Source of the DNA: Promethearchaeota archaeon
GTDB lineage: Archaea; Asgardarchaeota; Lokiarchaeia; Sigyniarchaeales; SOKP01
DNA length: 21,369 nucleotides
Assembly (NCBI GenBank): GCA_048941015.1
Contig: JBHLNZ010000034.1
Location: 10,725-32,093, forward strand
Direction: 5' to 3'
The notes beneath the pieces were generated by a model that was given only the letters and a program-made list of their open reading frames with translations, did not search any database and had not been told where the DNA came from. Position 1 is the stretch's first letter; each line of letters begins with the position of its first letter. Shown here one piece after another: positions 17,501-21,369 of this stretch. A program made the translations under genes and the position numbers.

Positions 17501-17793
17501 TCTCCTGTAGAATTTTTTAATCTTATTTCTTGAATTCGATCTATATGGTCAATTTCTTTTTTAAAACTTTTAATAGTCTTTTTATAATCTTCAGGATAAA
17601 TAATATTTGTAATACTCTTTCCAATCAGGTCCTTATAAGCATATCCTAGCTTTTCTAAAAATGAATTTCTGTTTATTTGTTCGATTTTATAATTTGCTGT
17701 CGGTTCAACAACCGCGACTAAATCATCTATCGAGTCCATGAAAAACTTGAACTGAGCCTCAAGATTTTCGAAATCTTTTTGATCTAGAATCAT
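14563..17793 (-). CDS. Soluble multi-PAS (5x) / GAF-like sensor histidine kinase
   Basis: Five PAS/PAC units ending D(I/V)(T/S).(R/K)K or NITERIK; H-box SHELKTPL, N-box NLLINAIKYT, G1 DTGIG, G2 GTGLGL, GSTFYF. No TM segments and no receiver domain. Confidence 0.95.
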   Translation of the reverse strand: MILDQKDFENLEAQFKFFMDSIDDLVAVVEPTANYKIEQINRNSFLEKLGYAYKDLIGKSITNIIYPEDYKKTIKSFKKEIDHIDRIQEIRLKNSTGEIIWTEIKTKKFKNELNEKKILIIFKDISKRKKIEEELKIGEERFKKITESIPEIRFWKLFNPKKYEEALQSSYEMLQTVMENIPQYVYWKDNDLNYLGCNNNYANLIGAEYPENIINKKDKDLLYDNQQILYNQKKERDLIDSDKAEFNVIESWALRDGKKIWVQINRIPLYDSDENVVGILVTFEDVTERKKSEENLKESEKKYRNLIESSPFAILLFDIDGKIIDYNSTTEKLFGYKKGEYIGKTYEDLPLFPPEIFSILNKKLRDLYKGREIEPTEFQVYKKDGTYAWVNAQLSLIKLAERTFFQAIAQDITEKKEAEQKLKLSELKYKTLIENIPDVIYSSLPDEISSTLFVSSKWEEWTGYNPEEMYNNPELWKDSIHPDDRENTLKAYNEAAIKKVEFIIEYRVIHKDTGQEFYLRDHGVPILDNNGNIISYDGVITNITERIKAEERLKDSEEKYRNLLDTSTVGILEINIENMEVTFINHKLLEITGYYEAESLGSKFIQNIIHPDDLNKVLKSSEDKDLEFRIVTKDEKLKWLHGRRWNQYNEVGEPIGFRLWLEDITEKKMYEELIYELNINFLNFSTDTRKNIELLLKTSLKLLNGKIAIYANKLELDGKEQFRLMTSEGEVITLPISEFMNNFYISELFKENHDFPQIFYDINTIERSKHDKFIKENNIKALYGKLVMSQNELNDMMCVLYPENPLITNQDKLVLFLICDAIEIEQRRWQVQQHLEQQAQELSEINRLKTDLFSRTSHELKTPLISIKGFTELLLKLHANKLDEEIKSILNEIMDGSKRLEDYINKIVEGSKVEQGLMKLNKKEEDLYSIIRDSIKSLEGKAKLHNQTILNKVEKDLITLFDKEKIEEVISNLLINAIKYTPKGGVITIESQIKNDSYIISVNDTGIGLTNEEKKQLFTQFGKIERYGQGWDIGIEGTGLGLYISKEIIELHDGKIWAESKGRNKGSTFYFSLPLI

Positions 17794-17834
17794 AACTAAA
17801 TTAACCCTTTATGAAGGAGCCGATATTATTAACC

Positions 17835-17907
17835 AAAATATGCATATTTTAAATATTTCTATAAGGTTAGTGATGATGTTGCTATTTATATATTAGCATA
17901 TTTTAAA
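17835..17907 (-). promoter_or_regulatory. Putative operator/promoter of the histidine kinase
   Basis: Perfect 16-bp palindrome AAAATATGCATATTTT (17835-17850); 12-bp direct repeat GCATATTTTAAA at 17842-17853 and 17896-17907. Confidence 0.4.
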
Positions 17908-17955
17908 CCATTTTTGCAATGAATTCTTTATATCTCTTATTAAAATCAAGAGCGC

Positions 17956-19125
17956 TTAAATATGTAAAGATTTTAGACCACCTATAACTTTTTCAATATC
18001 TTCTAAGTTATTATAATAATTAAAAGCGAATCTTAGTAGGGTATGTTTTTCTGAGCGAGGATACATTTTTAGTGTTGGATATATGTTTTTCTTTACTAAA
18101 AGTTTATAAATTTGTTCTGCTTTTGAGTGTTCTATGGTAATAATGCCTGATCTAAATTCTAATTCAAGGGGTGTTATTATCTTATAATTTAAGTTAACAA
18201 TTCTCTCAATAAATTCAGAAGTGAGCCAGATTATCCTCTCTTGAATCCTCTGAATTCCTTTTTTAATATCTCCATCTCCTATCTCCGATTTGATTAAATC
18301 TAGTGATCCTTTTAATGAAAGTAAAGCTCCAAAATTAGGACATCCTCCTAAGGTATCCATATATTTTGTTTTATTTATTACATTTAAATTATCATTATCC
18401 ATTGAAAATGGTTCTTCTACACTTAACCATCCTGAAAATGGAAGGCCTTTTTCTTCAATTATTTTATTATTTATATATAGGAATCCTGCTCCATAACCGC
18501 ATGCGCCCCATTTAAGTGGATTTATAACAAGCATATCTATATCTTGCTTTTTAACGTCAATTTGAAAAGCACCAAAAGATTGAGTGGCGTTAATGATGTT
18601 TAAAAGATTATTATCGCTACAAAATTGTCCCAATGCGTCAAGATTTTGTTTAAATCCAGTCAGTGATAATATATGACTATGAATTATATATCTTGTATCT
18701 TTTGTAAGTTGCTTTGTGAAGTCTGATACAAGGTATTTATTTGAATTATCTATCAATTTTGTACATGGAAATCCTAACCTTTTAAAAATATGTATTGATG
18801 CAGGAAATTCTAAAGAAGGATAGAGAATTTCTCCTTTTTCTAGAACACGCGAGATGGCGTTCATGCACGAAGAAACATTAAGAAAAAATGCGATATCTTC
18901 TGGCTCTGCGTTTATATATTGTGCAATTGTTGATCTTAATTTATTAATTTCTTCGTTAAATTTTTCGAAATGGATATCACCAAAATTTAACATATCTTTA
19001 AAATAATTTATACCGTTTTGATAAGCATTTTTACTCAAAGGAGATGCTGAAGCTGCCATAAGGTATGTTAATTTTTTTAATGCAGGAAATTGGTCTTTTC
19101 GAATTTTTTTCCAATTGACTGACAT
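17956..19125 (-). CDS. Aminotransferase class V-fold PLP-dependent enzyme (C-S lyase-like; lacks the desulfurase Cys motif)
   Basis: IR..QFP...TYL.AAS.SP, EFPAS, NATQSFG, PLKW PLP lysine, RSGII, LRFAFNYYNN.EDI. Confidence 0.88.
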   Translation of the reverse strand: MSVNWKKIRKDQFPALKKLTYLMAASASPLSKNAYQNGINYFKDMLNFGDIHFEKFNEEINKLRSTIAQYINAEPEDIAFFLNVSSCMNAISRVLEKGEILYPSLEFPASIHIFKRLGFPCTKLIDNSNKYLVSDFTKQLTKDTRYIIHSHILSLTGFKQNLDALGQFCSDNNLLNIINATQSFGAFQIDVKKQDIDMLVINPLKWGACGYGAGFLYINNKIIEEKGLPFSGWLSVEEPFSMDNDNLNVINKTKYMDTLGGCPNFGALLSLKGSLDLIKSEIGDGDIKKGIQRIQERIIWLTSEFIERIVNLNYKIITPLELEFRSGIITIEHSKAEQIYKLLVKKNIYPTLKMYPRSEKHTLLRFAFNYYNNLEDIEKVIGGLKSLHI

Positions 19126-19300
19126 AATAATTCATAATCAAAGCTTGTATAAGAATCAAATTATCAATTAATTTAATCTAAATTAACTATTAGATGATTA
19201 GAATTTATTATTTATAAACAATAAATATTTGAAATTTCTTAAGTTATTCATTTAATAAATCAAATTGAAATTTCCAAAAAAAAATAGTTGATGAATTTTT

Positions 19301-20146
19301 ATGGAGACGAATGATTTTCTTCGTTGTTTAAGTTGTGGTAAAAGATTAGGACCCAAATCTAAGCAGTTACATAATCAATGCACAGAATGCATTTTAAAGT
19401 TAGATTTTAAAATTGATGATTTAGATAATAAAGAAATTGATAAGAATTTACAAAAAATTTTAGATTTCTTCATATCAGATGTTAATGCTGCTTTTAATAA
19501 AGATCCTGCAGCAAATACTTTAGTTGAAGTCCTCACTAGTTATCCGGGAATAAAAGCAGTTCTTTTATATAGAATCTCTCATTTTTTTTGGAAGTTGGGA
19601 ATGCCTTTTATCCCAAGATATATTTCAGAAATAGCAAGAGAATTAACGGCAATTGAGATACATCCAGGTGCTGAAATTGGTAGTGATTTTTTTATAGACC
19701 ACGGTTCTGGAGTGGTTATAGGAGAAACGGCTGAGATTGGTAATAATGTTACATTATATGCAGGAGTAGTATTAGGTGGAACCAGTTTAGAGAAGACAAA
19801 AAGACATCCTACCATAGGAAATAATGTTGTTATCGGAACTGGAGCAAAAATATTAGGACCAATAATTGTAGGTGACAATGTTAGAGTAGGCGCAAATTCC
19901 GTTGTAGTAGAGGATGTTCCACCGAATTGTGTAGTGGTTGGAGTACCTGGAAAAATTGTCTCTAAAAGAGGAGAAGAGATCGAGAAAGTAGATTTAAGGC
20001 ATGGAGACCTACCTGATCCAATTGCTATCGCAGTTTCGAGTTTAGACAAAAGAATAAAAGAATTAGAAATGCAGATCTTTAATGGTAAAAAAGTAAAGAG
20101 CGATCAAATTGAAATATATTACGGAAAATATGGTGGAGGTATTTAA
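19301..20146 (+). CDS. cysE: Serine O-acetyltransferase with N-terminal zinc-finger extension
   Basis: DPAA.....V...YPG, T.IEIHPGA.IG..FFIDHG.GVVIGETA.IG, GV.LGGT.....KRHPTIG hexapeptide repeats, HGDLPDP, C-terminal GGGI; adjacent to cysK. Confidence 0.95.
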   Translation: METNDFLRCLSCGKRLGPKSKQLHNQCTECILKLDFKIDDLDNKEIDKNLQKILDFFISDVNAAFNKDPAANTLVEVLTSYPGIKAVLLYRISHFFWKLGMPFIPRYISEIARELTAIEIHPGAEIGSDFFIDHGSGVVIGETAEIGNNVTLYAGVVLGGTSLEKTKRHPTIGNNVVIGTGAKILGPIIVGDNVRVGANSVVVEDVPPNCVVVGVPGKIVSKRGEEIEKVDLRHGDLPDPIAIAVSSLDKRIKELEMQIFNGKKVKSDQIEIYYGKYGGGI

Positions 20147-20182
20147 TAAATTCTTTTAAATAAAAAGTAATCAAATGGTGGT

Positions 20183-21121
20183 ATGATGGTAAATTTCTAT
20201 AATAATATTATTGAAACCATAGGTAAAACTCCCCTTGTAAAACTAAATAGAATTACTGAAAATTTAAATCCTAAACCAAATCTTTATGCAAAATTAGAAT
20301 ATTTTAACCCTGGGGGTAGTGTAAAAGATAGAATAGGAATGGCTATGATACAAGTAGCTGAAGAGAAAGGAATTATTGATAAAGATACAACTATTGTGGA
20401 ACCTACCTCTGGGAATACTGGTATTGGATTAGCACTTGTCTGTGCAGCAAAAGGTTATAAATTAATTTTAATTATGCCAGAAAGTGTTTCAATTGAAAGA
20501 ACCAAGATTTTAAAAGCTTATGGCGCTGAAGTAATATTAACTCCCAAAGAAGGTGGAATGAAAGGAACAATTACTAAAGCTGAGGAAATTGCGAAAGAAA
20601 AAGGGAATGTTTATATTCCTCAACAATTTAAAAATTTATCCAATCCTGAAATACATCGTAGAACAACAGCTAAGGAAATCTTTAATGATTTAGATGGCCA
20701 AATAGATGCTTTTGTTGCAGGTGTAGGTACAGGTGGAACAATAACTGGCGTTGGAGAAATCTTAAAAGACAGAGTTGGTGCAAGATTAAAAGTATATGCT
20801 GTAGAACCGAAAGATTCTCCAGTATTATCTGGTGGTGATCCAGGGCCTCATAAAATTCAAGGAATTGGTGCTGGTTTTGTCCCAGAAGTTCTTAATACAA
20901 AAATATATGATCACGTTATTCAAGTTGAATATAATGACGCGATTAAAACTGCTAGGGATTTAGCTAAAATGGAAGGCATTTTTTCTGGAATTAGTTCAGG
21001 CGCTATAGCTTGGGCAGCTATAAACGTAGTTTCAAAAGATTTTGAAAAAGGAGAAAATATCGTATTTATAATATGCGATACAGGTGAAAGATATTTATCA
21101 ACCGAATTATATAATTATTAA
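20183..21121 (+). CDS. cysK: Cysteine synthase A (O-acetylserine sulfhydrylase)
   Basis: IGKTPLV, KLEYFNPGGSVKDRIG (PLP Lys), EPTSGNTG, QQF.N..N...H..TT, GVGTGGT, PHKIQGIGAGF, GISSGA, DTGERYLST. SD GGTGGT. Confidence 0.97.
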   Translation: MMVNFYNNIIETIGKTPLVKLNRITENLNPKPNLYAKLEYFNPGGSVKDRIGMAMIQVAEEKGIIDKDTTIVEPTSGNTGIGLALVCAAKGYKLILIMPESVSIERTKILKAYGAEVILTPKEGGMKGTITKAEEIAKEKGNVYIPQQFKNLSNPEIHRRTTAKEIFNDLDGQIDAFVAGVGTGGTITGVGEILKDRVGARLKVYAVEPKDSPVLSGGDPGPHKIQGIGAGFVPEVLNTKIYDHVIQVEYNDAIKTARDLAKMEGIFSGISSGAIAWAAINVVSKDFEKGENIVFIICDTGERYLSTELYNY

Positions 21122-21126
21122 ATTTA

Positions 21127-21154
21127 TTAAGAAGAATTTAATAATTCTTCTTAA
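21127..21154. terminator. Perfect 12-bp inverted repeat between convergent genes (putative bidirectional terminator)
   Basis: TTAAGAAGAATT-taat-AATTCTTCTTAA, filling the gap between the cysK stop (21121) and the convergent gene's stop (21157). Confidence 0.55.
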
Positions 21155-21156
21155 AA

Positions 21157-21369
21157 TTACTTAATATCAATAGAGTTGGAATATAAACTATTATTAATTC
21201 GCTCAAAATATTCTTTTATAACCCATTTCTTTTTAGATTTAATTTTATGAGATAATACATTAAATACCTCTTTAAGTTTTAAAGAATCAAGATAACTTAT
21301 CATAGGCGCAACATATGCTAACATGAATTGTTTTTCTTTATATCGTTCCTCTTCATCCGGATAAGAATC
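21157..21369 (-). CDS. C-terminal part of a hypothetical protein (starts beyond the window)
   Basis: Not in the ORF track. 70 open codons from the right edge (DSYPDEEERYKEKQFMLAYVAPMISYLDSLKLKEVF...SIDIK) to TAA at 21159-21157, convergent on cysK. Confidence 0.7.
   Translation of the reverse strand, partial: DSYPDEEERYKEKQFMLAYVAPMISYLDSLKLKEVFNVLSHKIKSKKKWVIKEYFERINNSLYSNSIDIK

Noticed and set aside
14563-17793. LOV photoreceptor or hybrid kinase
   Set aside because: No GxNCRFLQ motif in any PAS, and no receiver domain after the HATPase.
344-18496. Other short track ORFs (344, 2178, 2476, 3171, 3217, 5542, 6525, 6929, 10081, 12934, 15575, 16191, 18290)
   Set aside because: All overlap well-supported genes in antisense or alternative frames and lack motifs or credible starts.
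17956-19125. IscS/SufS cysteine desulfurase
   Set aside because: The catalytic persulfide Cys motif is absent and no isc/suf genes are adjacent.
19579-20049. 156-aa antisense ORF within cysE
   Set aside because: Shadow of the Gly/Val-rich hexapeptide repeats on the opposite strand; no independent features.
1-21369. CRISPR array, tRNA/rRNA, transposase or integrase
   Set aside because: No regularly spaced repeats, no GC-rich structured RNA segment and no recombinase motifs seen on reading. A covariance-model scan would be needed to exclude small RNAs.

Overview
AT-rich window, most likely from an anaerobic archaeon. Asgard/Lokiarchaeia is inferred from low GC, GGTGA-type Shine-Dalgarno motifs, TATA-like boxes and the protein repertoire, and is not proven. 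Left third (minus strand): a complete hdrC-hdrB-hdrA-flxD(mvhD)-flxC-flxB-flxA electron-bifurcation operon; flxA runs off the left edge and is missing from the ORF track. Next come three small hypothetical proteins and a TPR protein. The middle holds a plus-strand accessory block: tandem-GNAT acyltransferase, PRK08223-like ThiF adenylyltransferase, YghO/bacterial-ceramide-synthase-like GNAT, stand-alone 7-TM membrane protein and B12-binding radical SAM enzyme, converging on a soluble 5xPAS-GAF histidine kinase. This block is the best candidate for an undescribed system (N-acyl-amide lipid or signal synthesis, possibly with sensing). Right end: a class-V PLP enzyme with an atypical active site, divergent from bacterial-type cysE (with an unusual N-terminal CxxC..CxxC zinc finger) and cysK, then a perfect hairpin and a partial convergent gene. 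No rRNA, tRNA, CRISPR array or mobile element was recognised. Family assignments come from motif recognition, not database searches.
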